A stretch of DNA of 64,000 nucleotides from Candidatus Omnitrophica bacterium UBA6253 (lineage in GTDB: Bacteria; Omnitrophota; Gorgyraeia; Gygaellales; Profunditerraquicolaceae). Below, piece after piece: positions 37,566 to 49,300 of this stretch (the stretch's first letter is position 1; every line of letters begins with the position of its first letter). The notes under the pieces were generated by a model. It ran no database searches and was not told where the DNA came from. It saw only the letters and a program-made list of their open reading frames with translations. The stretch spans positions 66,303-130,302 of the forward strand of contig DJVP01000005.1 in the NCBI GenBank assembly GCA_002441245.1. Direction: 5' to 3'. The translations under genes were made by a program, and so were the position numbers.

Positions 37566-37739
37566 TTGACAAATAAATATAATATGTTATACTTTTATTG
37601 TGACAGGAACAAAAAGATCCGAAAAGGTAAACTCATAGTAATATGGGGGCGCAAAGCCAAGGGTCCTGAGGTTAAGGATAGCCAGGTTGCCGAAGATTAG
37701 GATTTACCCCGGTTGGTGAGTTTACCGGGGTTTTTTTTT
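37566..37739 (+). ncRNA. Candidate small RNA or cis-regulatory leader of about 140 nt. It has its own sigma70 promoter (TTGACA-16-TATACT) and an intrinsic terminator (CCCCGGT...ACCGGGG + T9).
   Basis: Promoter at 37566-37593, predicted TSS near 37600. Terminator stem at 37707-37713 / 37724-37730, T-run at 37731-37739. GGTAAACTCA (37625-37634) is complementary to TGAGTTTACC (37717-37726), which overlaps the terminator 3' arm and gives a possible antiterminator. Not assignable to a known RNA family by eye. Confidence 0.45.
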
Positions 37740-37793
37740 GAAGAAAAATAAAAGTACCACGTACTTTGTGAGAAAAAAGAGGTTAAAAGCAAA

Positions 37794-38786
37794 ATGCCAA
37801 GGCTGCCGAGGATAAATTTAGAAGGTGCGCTGTATTATATAACTACTAAGGCAGATTATAAACTTAATCTTTTTAGGGATGATAGCGATAAAAGTCGCTA
37901 TCTTTTTTTTATCTTTGAATATAAGGGGCTATATAATTTTAAATTGTATTCTTTTGCCCTGACCTCTAATGAAAGCCACCTGCTTATAGAGCCTTCCCAG
38001 CAGTTTACTGTTTCCCAGATTATGCATGATGTGAATGCCAATTATACAAAATACTATAATAAAAAATATGAAAAGAAAGGCCATCTTTTTGAGGAAAGAT
38101 TCAAGGCAGTCTTGATTGAAAAACAGGGGTATTTGCTTGAGATGACCCGTTTTGTGCACCGCATTGTTTTAAAAGACAATCCACCGTTGCAGTTAAAGGA
38201 TTATAAATGGAGCAGTTATTTGTCTTACCTAAAAACTGAACAGGATAAAAATATTAGCGCCAATGTTGATTGCGAAGAAGCCTTAAATTTATCCTCTTTG
38301 CCTTTGGAAGGCAGGCATGCAAAGTACCAGGAGTTTGTGGAAAAGGCCAGCCTGACTGACCTGGAGGCTTTTGAAAATAAAATGTACAGGGCCTCTGTTG
38401 TAGGAAGCGAAAAGTTTGTGGAAAGGATAAGGGAGATTTTAAAAGCCGCCGCGGAGGCAGGGCAGGAACAGCCGGATGGGAACGCGGAGTTGTTCCTGGA
38501 AAAAAAGAAAAGAAGCCTCATGGTTTATATTTTAGTTGTTTTTATATTGGCATCCTTAGGGGCAGGCAGTTTTCTTCTTTCGGGTAACGCAAATCTAAAA
38601 CGCGAAATTAAAGAGGCCGCTTTGGAAAAAGATGAGATTTTTGCAAAAGATATTATCGCCACAAAGAAAGAGATCAGCAGGGAGCTAGAGGAAAAATACC
38701 GCGCGGATATGGTTTCTTATAAGGCTACTGCGATGCGGCTTCAGGAGATAGAGAAGAAAGACAGGGAAAAAAGGGAGAAACTATGA
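37794..38786 (+). CDS. Fusion protein: an N-terminal IS200/RAYT-like (Y1 HUH) domain with a degenerate HUH motif, a TM helix, and a C-terminal coiled-coil segment paralogous to 36594..36944.
   Basis: NESHLLIEP aligns to the IS200 HxH box (hIHmLlEiP) but reads Ser-His, not His-x-His. The RAYT-like distal region is HLFEERFKAVLIEKQGYLLEMTRFVHRIVLKDNPPLQLKDYKWSSY. TM helix MVYILVVFILASLGAGSFLL. Shared motif EEKYRADMVSYK. Confidence 0.6.
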   Translation: MPRLPRINLEGALYYITTKADYKLNLFRDDSDKSRYLFFIFEYKGLYNFKLYSFALTSNESHLLIEPSQQFTVSQIMHDVNANYTKYYNKKYEKKGHLFEERFKAVLIEKQGYLLEMTRFVHRIVLKDNPPLQLKDYKWSSYLSYLKTEQDKNISANVDCEEALNLSSLPLEGRHAKYQEFVEKASLTDLEAFENKMYRASVVGSEKFVERIREILKAAAEAGQEQPDGNAELFLEKKKRSLMVYILVVFILASLGAGSFLLSGNANLKREIKEAALEKDEIFAKDIIATKKEISRELEEKYRADMVSYKATAMRLQEIEKKDREKREKL

Positions 38787-39205
38787 CCTGTGATATGGAT
38801 AAAAGAGGCATGGGGATATTATTCATCTGCGCCTGTTTTATTTTATGCCTGGATTTAGTTTTTGCCAAGAATGAGGTTTATGATGTTCCTGATCCTAGCA
38901 AGTTGGTGTTAGAAGCCCAGAAGATGGTATCAGTTGGAGAGTTGGCAGCTTATGAGCAGTTACCCGTAGAGGAAAGCTCAAGAGATGGCTATTGGTGGAA
39001 TAAACAAGATAGAGATGAGAAACTGGAATATGTCAAGGGGCTTATTGCAGGGTTTAAGCTGACTGACAAAAAACTTTCAGCAAAGAAAGTAGTTAGGGTT
39101 CTTGACAGGGAGTATAACCCCAGGGATAACCCCCTGGATATTAAGATGGATAAGAGCGTAGAAAGGATGTTTAACATTGTCATTAAGGAGATGATGTTAA
39201 AATGA
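38783..39205 (+). CDS. Hypothetical secreted protein.
   Basis: Signal peptide MGILFICACFILCLDLVFA. Overlaps the upstream gene by 4 nt. Confidence 0.45.
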   Translation: MTCDMDKRGMGILFICACFILCLDLVFAKNEVYDVPDPSKLVLEAQKMVSVGELAAYEQLPVEESSRDGYWWNKQDRDEKLEYVKGLIAGFKLTDKKLSAKKVVRVLDREYNPRDNPLDIKMDKSVERMFNIVIKEMMLK

Positions 39206-39720
39206 AAGCAGCCATATTGATTTTAACGGTTTATGCTGCATTTTTATTGGCGTTTCCAACCAATACTTATTGTGAGGACAGTCCGTCTTCGGGTGTAATT
39301 ATAATTGGTTCTTCCGAGGCCAGTTCATCTGAAAATCAAGGTTCCGAGAATCTTTCTTCCGGTAGCGAAGACTCTTCTAAGCCGGCGGCAGATGAACCAG
39401 CTGCCGCTCTTCTTTATGAGATTAGCGGCAGCAAAATAGGAAGTACCAGAGTTTCGCAGGAGGTCACCCTTCCATCAGCCGGGGAGGTTATGTTTGTAGA
39501 TGCCGGGATAACAGGAGCTTGTACCATTGTCCGGGTTGATAAAAACGGAAAAGAAACGCAGGTGTTAAACATGATCCCGGATCGGGCGATTGGGCAAAGG
39601 CTGCCTAAGGGTACTTATAAAGTGTACCCTGAGGATTTAGATGGCAGTTTTCCGCTTGATAAACTGACGGCAAAAGTACAGGTTAAACTGATTGAAGGTA
39701 CAACAGGAGGCGCGCAATGA
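39202..39720 (+). CDS. Hypothetical secreted protein with a Ser-rich linker.
   Basis: Signal peptide MKAAILILTVYAAFLLAFPTNTYC, then a Ser-rich low-complexity segment (SSEASSSENQGSENLSSGSEDSSKP) and a beta-rich C-terminal domain. Overlaps upstream by 4 nt. Confidence 0.45.
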   Translation: MKAAILILTVYAAFLLAFPTNTYCEDSPSSGVIIIGSSEASSSENQGSENLSSGSEDSSKPAADEPAAALLYEISGSKIGSTRVSQEVTLPSAGEVMFVDAGITGACTIVRVDKNGKETQVLNMIPDRAIGQRLPKGTYKVYPEDLDGSFPLDKLTAKVQVKLIEGTTGGAQ

Positions 39721-40376
39721 GGAAGATATTAATATGCGTAGTCTCATTATTGATGCTGTTTCTAAATGCAGGCGTTATTTATGCAGGCGCCTTTTTATCT
39801 CCGGAGAAGACAAAAGGGGCCCTCAGGGAAGAGATTCCCAATGAGGGTTATGAAAATGATTCAGCGGATAAAAAAAAGGCTTTTGAAAATTTTAAGGCTA
39901 CAAGAAAACTGTTATATGAAAAAATGATTAAGCGCACCGGCGACTGCAGGGATGAGTTGGATAATATGTTTCTTATGGTAAACAACCTTTTTAAAAAGGC
40001 TCGCGAGGAAAAAGATATTAAAAAAGAAAAAGAGCTGGTTACGGTGATGAGCGATTATAACAGCGTGCTTGGTGACTTGGGGCTTATGCAGGTAGTTTTA
40101 GACCTGGGGAAATTCGCTGAAGGCGATAAGTTTATAGAATATTATGTGGTTATGGAAAACGGTTTTGAGCGGTTGAAGGGAAACTTCAGCTTAAAAAATG
40201 AAATATTCTTGGGCAGGATAGATGCTTTAACGAATCAGGATGCCTTGCGTTATGAGAAAAAGCTCTTAAGGATCTATAGGGATTATTTTGAGTATGATCC
40301 AAAGATTGACAGGATGGTTGAGATAGAAGATGCGCCTAAGCAGGAAAAAGGCAAGCTTAATAAAAGGGGAGGATAA
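39717..40376 (+). CDS. Hypothetical secreted alpha-helical protein.
   Basis: Signal peptide MRKILICVVSLLMLFLNAGVIYAGA. Overlaps upstream by 4 nt. Confidence 0.45.
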   Translation: MRKILICVVSLLMLFLNAGVIYAGAFLSPEKTKGALREEIPNEGYENDSADKKKAFENFKATRKLLYEKMIKRTGDCRDELDNMFLMVNNLFKKAREEKDIKKEKELVTVMSDYNSVLGDLGLMQVVLDLGKFAEGDKFIEYYVVMENGFERLKGNFSLKNEIFLGRIDALTNQDALRYEKKLLRIYRDYFEYDPKIDRMVEIEDAPKQEKGKLNKRGG

Positions 40377-40378
40377 AG

Positions 40379-43300
40379 GTGTCCGGGCGTAATCTAAAGA
40401 ATATAGGTATATATCTTGCGATCTTAGCCGCAGCTATCTGTTTGCCGGGCGACCGTTTAAACAGCGCGGATGCGCTTTATACATTTACCCAGTCAACCTG
40501 GAGCGCTGGCCAATCCTCTGCAAGCGCTGTCCATCCTACAAACCAGTCAAGCTGGGACTCTTATTACTCAAAAGATGATTATGCAACTACCACGGAAACC
40601 GACGGGTATTTGACTCTTGCTCCTGATACAGCTACTTTAACCGATACTACGGATGTGGATTTTGATAAAGGTGAGATGGAAAAGGTGGTTGTGGATGGTA
40701 CCGGCAATGATGCATTGTTACAGGTTACTCCTTCTGTGGCAGATCCGTTTGCCTCAACACTCGGAGAATGGCTTACCCTGCCTGCGCAGCCAAGGCCGGA
40801 CAGGTTTACGGTATTTTGCCGGGCAGGCACGGTTGTATATTGCCTATTTGCAACAGGAGACGGAAGGCAGTTCGGGAAATTTATTCCGGCTACGGGAAAA
40901 TGGGTAATGCTTGCTCCTTTACCGGCGCCGGCTGCTGCCGGCTGTTGTATTGCCTGGGACGGAGAGGCGGTTTTTGCCTTGCGCGGAGAGGGTTCTAAAC
41001 AGGTATATAAATACACCCCTTCAACTGATACCTGGGCGGTTTTTACTTCTTTATCAAAGGGCGTAGAATACGGGGCGGCAATATGCGCCACAGGGATTAT
41101 TTCTACCAAGGTGGGAAAATTATTTGTCCTTTTAGGCGGCAATACCACAGATTTCTTATGTTTTGACCCTACTATAGGAACATCCGGCGTATGGAAAGGC
41201 GCATCCAGCGCTCCGGCAACTGTAGAGGCTGGAGGCAGGTTAGTTTATCCGGGCTCAGGGAATTACATTTATGCCTGCCGCGGCCAGTCAACAAGTACTA
41301 TCTGGCAGTATAGTATCTCTGCTGATGCCTGGGATACAACGACTCCGGATCTTCCCGTACCAACTGAAAGTACAGCAGGTTATGAAGCAAGGATGTGGAG
41401 CGCCTCAAATATGTTTTGGCCGGGAACAGGGGATTATATATATGCGGCTATGACATATTATTGCTATAACAAGTCCAACATAACTAATTACCAGACATTC
41501 TGGCGCTTAGGGCCGCTTAGCGGTACGCCTGCATGGGAAAGGCTGGCAGATTGCCCGCGTTATACCGATAATAAAGGGTTTATTTTATATGACCCTGACG
41601 GCGCTGGAACAGAGATACAGCTTCTTTCAGGAAATAACTATACCAATCCCTGGCATTATAATATTGCCAAGAATAGATGGAAGGAGTTAACTCAGCCTCT
41701 GTGGAATTCATCCAGTTGGGGTAGGGATATATATTGGGTAAAGAACCATACTCATTCAGATATTGTTTTAGGCTCAGACGGGTTTGATTATATATGCATA
41801 CTCGATCATACTTCCAGTAATCAGACTAAGCCTGTAACCGGGGCCTCATGGGAGACTTACTGGAGGAGGTTAAACCCGTATGATACAAAATCCTGGGCAA
41901 CAGGCACAGTTTATGCAGAAGGGGATATAATTACAGGCACAGACAGCCTTGATTACAGGTGTATAAGGCGCCATTTATCAGCTGATACAAATAAACCTAT
42001 AACCGGGGCTTCATATTCCACATACTGGCAGACCCCTGCCGTAACTACAAGAGGCTCTGCCTGGATAAATGCCAAGGCTTATGTATCCGGGCCTTATGAT
42101 GATTATCTCTATTGGTGGGGAGGATATTATAATTACAATTTCTGGAGGTATAAAATATCAACGGATACATGGGAGCGTTTGGCTGATTTGCCCTGGAGCG
42201 GCAGTTATAGCGGTGCGAATATGACAGATATAGGGGACGGATATTTATATTTCCACAGAGGGAATAACGGTTATAATTTCGCGCGTTATAATATGTCGAC
42301 TGATGTATGGGAGACGCTTACAGATTCACCTAATTCTGCCGGTTTTGTCTATGGTTTTGGGGTGATAGGGGTTATATCAAAGGCTGACCGGGTTCTAGGC
42401 AGTGATGGCCTTGGGTATATATGTAAAAAGAGGCATGTCTCAAGTACACTTAATAAGCCTATAAGCGGGGCTAACTGGGCAAAATATTGGGAGCTTAATG
42501 GCTCGACCACTGATTGCGTTACTTGGGTTGAGTCTAAGGATTATGGCCCGGGATTAGAAAATATCAAGCCGTCAATAGTAGTGGGTACTGACGGTAATGA
42601 TTACCGGTGCATTAAGAATCATATATCCGCAACTTCCAGTTGTCCAATTACCGGCACAACCTCTACCTGGCAGACTTATTGGGTTGCTACAGGGACAACA
42701 GGGCAGGGTGATACATGGGCAAGCGGAACCATGTATAACTCGCGCACCGGCACAGTTGGCCATTATAAATTTATTTTTGGATTTCCAGGTTATAGCACAT
42801 CTTATTGGTACCGGTATGACCCGATAGATAATACCTGGCTTACTTGCGAAAATGTGATTACTTCTATTTATGGAGGTGAGGCTACTTGGACAGGGCTTAA
42901 TGCTCCTGATAAAGGAAGATATATTTATCTGGAACGAGGGCATGGGGGTACATATTTCTATCGCTATGATATTGAAATGGATGGCTGGGTCCGTAAAACA
43001 GATAGTTTTATCCCTACCTATTATCATTATTCGGCAGGAGGGCTGGCAAATGACGGAAGCTCTCAATATATTTACCATTTATCCGGTTATCATGAAACGC
43101 CTTATGATTACAGGCTTGAGAGGTATGACACATCAACTGATTCCTGGAGCGAATTTGCTTCCTTACCGTTTTGTTCTATATACAGGGCTGTATGCCAGAC
43201 TCCGGATGCTATATGGGCATCCCCGTATTACGGCAATGACCAGTTGATGAAATACGATTTGACAAAGCCTACGCATAACCAGCCGGGTATTTGGGAAGAG

Positions 43301-46300
43301 AGGGTGTATGATACCTGTTATTCGTCTTATGCTGATGGTAATATCGCGGTGGACAGTAACGGGTATAATTATATGATCTTTGGAGATATGTATTATTATA
43401 CAAACAGTAATATATGGATTTTTGACACAAATGCAAAGCAGTCAAAGATAGTGGGAAGCGATGGCGCTGATTATGATTGTATCTTAAGCCATACCTCCAG
43501 CGCTGATAATTACCCGACAACAGGGGCAAATTGGACAACTTACTGGCAGACATCCCGCTCAACAGGTAAAGGTGTAATATGGACAGATAGCACAGGGTAT
43601 TATTGCTCAAAGCATGCCAATCGCTGGAGCGGTTTGATCAGGGCGCCGTTTTATCTGGGGCCGGGCACCAAAGGTCAGTATATGGCCAATGAGAATTCTA
43701 TATATTTCCTGGAAGGCAAGAATACCAAATATGTATGGCAGTATGATATTACTAATGACCGCTGGTTAAGGGCCAAGGATACCTTGACAGTTGTAAACAG
43801 GGGTTCTGAATTAACCGGCGGATGCGGGGTGAATATTTCAGGACATGAGAGCCCGAGGGATGTGCTTTTTTGCCTCGGAGGTAATGGTGCAACGCAGTTT
43901 AACCTGTATTTTGTCGAGCCGGGGTATGATTACTGGACCTCTTATCTTTCTGCGCTTGACGGCCACTCTTATAGGGGCACTAACAGTATGACGTATTCAT
44001 CGTATGACAACCGGGTATATAAATTGCGCACAGAGATTACCAGCACTTGTTATGTATATAACCCGGAGCAGGATACCTGGGGTACGATTAACCCGGTAGG
44101 TACAGGAGGCTCTTCAGGCACCACTTATACCTGTGATGAGTCAGCGGTATTATATTACCCTAATGACGGGCAGAAATACGTGTATTGTATGACAGGAGAC
44201 GGCAATTACTCCCTTCTGCGTTATGATATAGATAATTTAACATGGGAGGAATTGGAACCGCCGCCTGCGGTTATTTCTAGTTATGGTTCGGCAATGTCCA
44301 GCGTGGGAAATGATTATATATATATATTTAATGCTACCCAGATGGATTATCTTTTCAGGTATCATAAGACTGAGAATGAGTATGATATACCGGCATATCT
44401 TCCGGTTGCCCTTGATGAAGGAGGGGTAATCTGCGGGTATAAGGGGAATATATATTATTTGTGCGGAGATTCAGGGGCATTCTATAGGTTTAATATAGGC
44501 CAAAAGAAATGGGGAGTTTTGGCAACCTGCCCTTCTACTATGCCCAATGAAGACCCATGTATGAAGGCAGTGGAGTATGAAGGGGATGTAAGTATCTACG
44601 TAACCGGAGGCCAGGGTACGCAAACATTTTACAGGTATTCTGTGGCTAATGATGCCTGGGAGACATTGGAGCCGCCTTCTTATAGCTGGGGCTGGGGCAA
44701 TGCGATTGAACATGTTTATGGCAGCAGGTATATTTACGCTATGCGCGGCGGGGCAGTCAGTTTTTGGAAATATGATATAGCAAATAATGATTGGGATACC
44801 CTGGCTGATCTCCCGACTACAGTAGGCAGGGGCGGCGCGCTTACATATCCTGATAAAGGTAATTATCTATATGCATTATCAGGGAACAGGAGTTCAAATT
44901 TCTACCGGTATAATTATACCACAGATACATGGACTACTCTTAATCCCTGCATGGTTAAGATCCTTGATTCGCACTCCGAACTGATATATCCGGGGTTCGG
45001 CAATTACCTGTATGTATTACACGGCTCAAGCTGGGGGGATAGCTATGAGTCTTATACTTATATGAGGTATGAGATAAAATCGGATGGAACAGGTACCTGG
45101 AGCGAGCTTGCTCCGGCCTCATTCGGGGTTGACCATCCCGGCAGTATGATCTGGCCGGGTGGCGAATATTATTATGCCACCAAGGGTAATGGCAGGCTTG
45201 AGCTTGCCATGTATTATGCGTTTTGTTATGGCACTTACATTTCAGGTATAAAGCCGGTAGGCGCCCATTCAGGGTGGGGTAATGTCAGCTGGACCTTTAA
45301 TGACACACAGGCAGCTGAGGTGTCTTTCAGGTCAGGCAATAAAACGGATTTATCAGATGCGCTTAGCTGGGACTTGTGTTCGGATATAGTGAATGGGGCT
45401 GACCTAAGCACTGCCTCCTCAATCAGCGCGCAGGATGTATATATACAGTATAAAATAGGGTTTTCTACTGATAATCTTTTACAGCTTCCTAAAATATCAG
45501 ATGTAAATATCAATTATGAGTTTTATCCTCTTAAGCAGGAGGTTGTTTCTTCGCCTTATAATACCTCATTTGCCACTAACAGGCTGGTAAAATTTGAATG
45601 GGCTGATCAGCAACTGACAGGAACAGATGTACGTTTTAAGATACGTACCGGAGCGGACCTGGCAAGTTTATTAACCGCATCATGGTATGGCCCGGCAGGC
45701 ACAACCATTGAACAGTTTACCTTCAATGATAAAGAGGATTATGTGGCAAATTCAGAGGTTTTCTTTACCGGAAGCTCAATAAAATTATACAAAAAACTGG
45801 CGGATTTTACCTATTCTGAAACACTCTATGTGGATAATACCGGGGGCGCGGCAAAGACTGATTCTGTAGTAAGCATTATTATTTCATCAACTAACAATCA
45901 TTTCTGGAACCATATAAAGTCAGACGGAGCGGATATGCGTTTCCACGACGGCACGCAGGAGTTGAGCTATTATCTGGTTAGCTTTGACAGTGTGAATAAA
46001 GTAGCAGAGATAAACGTGCATTTTCCCAGTATAGGAGCAAATTCTATTAAAACTTTTTATATGGTTTATGGCAGCGAGGATGCCTTGTCCGCAAGTGACG
46101 CCACTTATGTGAGCAAGCCCGGGGACGGCCTTGTGGGTTATTGGAAGTTTGATGAAGGCGCAGGGCTTATGGCGTATGATTCTTCAGGAAACGGCAATAC
46201 CGGGGCGCTGTATCCGACCACCAAGAATATGCCTACCTGGGATAGTAATGGCAAGTACGGTTCCTGTATTTATTTTGACGGTATAGATGATTATGTCAGG

Positions 46301-49300
46301 GTGACTGTGCCGGATTTAGGCACTGATTATACTATGGCATTCTGGGGTACAATAGATGAGGTGCCTATAGCCAGCAACAGTTGGCAGGCAGCTATGGGTT
46401 CTCAAACTAGCTATCCGGTTGTCTGGTTAAATCCGAATAACTGGATGTACCATTACTGGTATGATTCCAAGAATGCCAGCCATGGAGATAATTTCTCATA
46501 TCATACAAAAAGGGATGAAGTCTGGAGGCATTATGTAGTAATTCATGATGCTTTGGGATACCGGGCATATACAGATGCAGCTTTAAATCGCGATTACAGA
46601 AGTTTTATCTATACATCCAGGGATGTGCCAAGTATGCAGTGGGATTTTGGTCGCTATTTCAATAGTACTTCCTATAACTGGAAAGGCAAACTTGATGAAA
46701 TCGTCCTTTATAATAAGGCATTAACAGGCATTGAGGTAGGTTATTTATATCAGGGTATATCCAGGGATTTTACGTATGGAGTAACCTTTGGGAGTAATGA
46801 GACAGATGCAACATGCGCCAGTTTAGTATCCGGAGGCTGGCAGAAAAAGATTCCTGTGCAGGTAACTAATGCCGGAGGTTTAAAAAGCAATGCCATCATA
46901 AGGATTGATTTAGGCAAATGGTATGAATTCTGGGCGCATGTAAAGAGCGACGGAAGCGATATCCGCGTGGTGGATTCGGATGATTCAACAGTTTTAAGTT
47001 ATTATATCCCTGAATGGGATTATGCTAATAAGAAAGGTTTTGTGCTTGCCAAGACAGCCTCGCTTGCGGCATCCAGTACAAAGACAGTTTATATTTATTA
47101 CGGCAACAGCAGTGCGGTATCGGCTGCTGATTCATCCAGCTTTATGGGCCTAGAGGAAGGTTTTAACAGTTGCAACCAGGTTGCAGGTGATTCTACTGCG
47201 CTTTCAGGATGGTTGTATAAAATTCCGCTTATGCTTAAGAATGATTCAGGCGCTCCCCAGGGGCAGGCATTGGTAGTGGGTACGGACGGCAAGGATTATA
47301 AGTGTATTAAAAGCCATAGCTCTACTACTTTTGATAAACCGAATGTAGGGGCAAACTGGGCAACATACTGGCAGGATAATTCCACTACCGGTAAAGGGGT
47401 TACCTGGGCTACCGGGATTGCGTATAGCAGCAGCCCGGCTGTGGTCAGGGTGGATATGGAGGATAGTTGGGATAATTTCTGGGCAAATGTAAACAGTGAT
47501 GGTTCGGATGTCCGGATAGTAGCATCTGACAACGAGACGGTAATGACGTATTTTCTTGATTTCTTTGACGCGGACCTTAAGCAGGGCAGCTTTTTGGTAA
47601 GCGTGCCTTTTATTAATACCGCAGCCGAACAAAAATATTGGTTATACTACGGAAAATCCGATGCCACCTCTTTGAGCACAAACAGTTTTCTCAATCCCCT
47701 TAAACAGGTTTCCAGTACTCCCACGCAGGTATCGCGTTCAGGGGCAACATTTAACCCTGACTGGCAGTATAAGATGGATTTTACAGTAAGCAATGTGTCA
47801 ACAGACCCGGATAATGTTGTAAACAGGTGTGTCAATATACAGATACCTTCTACCTGGACGAGTTTTTGGTCCAATGTGCGCTCTGACGGCGGGGATATCC
47901 GTTTTTATGACGAGAATGTAACTTCAGGTGACCCCACTTACCTATATTATGATATTGATTATTTTGATTACGATAAAAAAACCGCCAGTATTGATGTGCG
48001 CATCCAGAGCCAAAATACAGTCCCTATAACTACCTGGCCAAGGACAATATCCCTTTATTATGGAAACCCATTGGTACTTACCGACTTTAATAATATATAC
48101 AACGCTTACGATCTTTATATGTACAGTGCTGTAGATGAAACAAGATTTACCGCAGGAGGCGCGGCAACATCCGATAAATCACCCATTATAAATCAAGGGT
48201 ATGTTACCTTGTATAACAATAGCGATGCCTGGGATTCTTATATTAAATGGAACGGAACAGCCTTTGCAAGGACAGCAGGCAGGACCTTCCAGGCAAAGAT
48301 ATACCCTAGTTATAACGCCCAGGTAATGATTGGCTGGAAGGATAATGAAATCGGGGTATCGTATTCAAACCTCATATATGGGATTTATTTTAACAACGGT
48401 TCAATGTATATCTATGAAGACGGTTCAAACGTCTATAGCTGCGGCACATACATTAGGGATACCTGGTATGATATCAGGATAGAGCTGAAGGTAATGGGCG
48501 CGCTCTATTATTACAAGAAATCCGAAGATGTGGACTGGACGTTACTTTATACTTCTACGTATTCAACAGAAAGCAATTTAAGGCCGCATATAGTCAATGA
48601 TAGAAGGGATTATTTTACGCGTACGACTGATTGGAAGGTGTTCTTGAATATGACGTATGATGTAACAGTTGGCTTGGGAGACATCATAAAAGGAATTACC
48701 AATACCTTCTCTCTTAATGAATATTATCAGGATAATCCGGTTATTCAGCCTTTAGGCGGTGTTTTTTATGACAGTAACCTTGCTTCTATTGTTGAGACAT
48801 CAACTGTCCCGGCGGGATCCGGGCTAAAACATCAGATTTCCCCTGATGCCTGGAACTGGTATTGGTATAACTCTACGGCCATAAGCAAGGTGGTGGGCAC
48901 AGACAACAAAGATTATAAATGTATATTAAGCCATACCTCAAGCGATTCCACCAAGCCTATAACCGGGGCCTTATATGAAACATACTGGCAGGATAATTCT
49001 ACTACAGGTACAGGTTCTGTCTGGGCCAGTGGAACCGCGTACAATAGTATTTCAACAGGCTGGAACCTGGCTACAGCCGGCTATACGCAGGCAAATACCG
49101 GAGCGGAGATTAATACAAACCTGGCAAGCTTCCAGACTTTATTCCCATCAGGGTCATTAAATTTCAGGACATATTTGCATTCAAATGACGGTACATATAC
49201 CCCTGAATTAGATAATATTGCTGTGGCTTTAAATGCTTCAGAGACATTTTATACGGCAAAAGATGGAGCTGACGCGATTAATGCTTTAAATTGCGATATC

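Noticed and set aside
37794-38786. An active IS200/IS605-family insertion sequence.
   Set aside because: The HUH motif is degenerate (SHL). The protein is fused to a TM helix and coiled coil. No tnpB partner and no subterminal hairpin ends were seen. The flanking 15-bp direct repeats bracket the upstream RNA element, not this gene.
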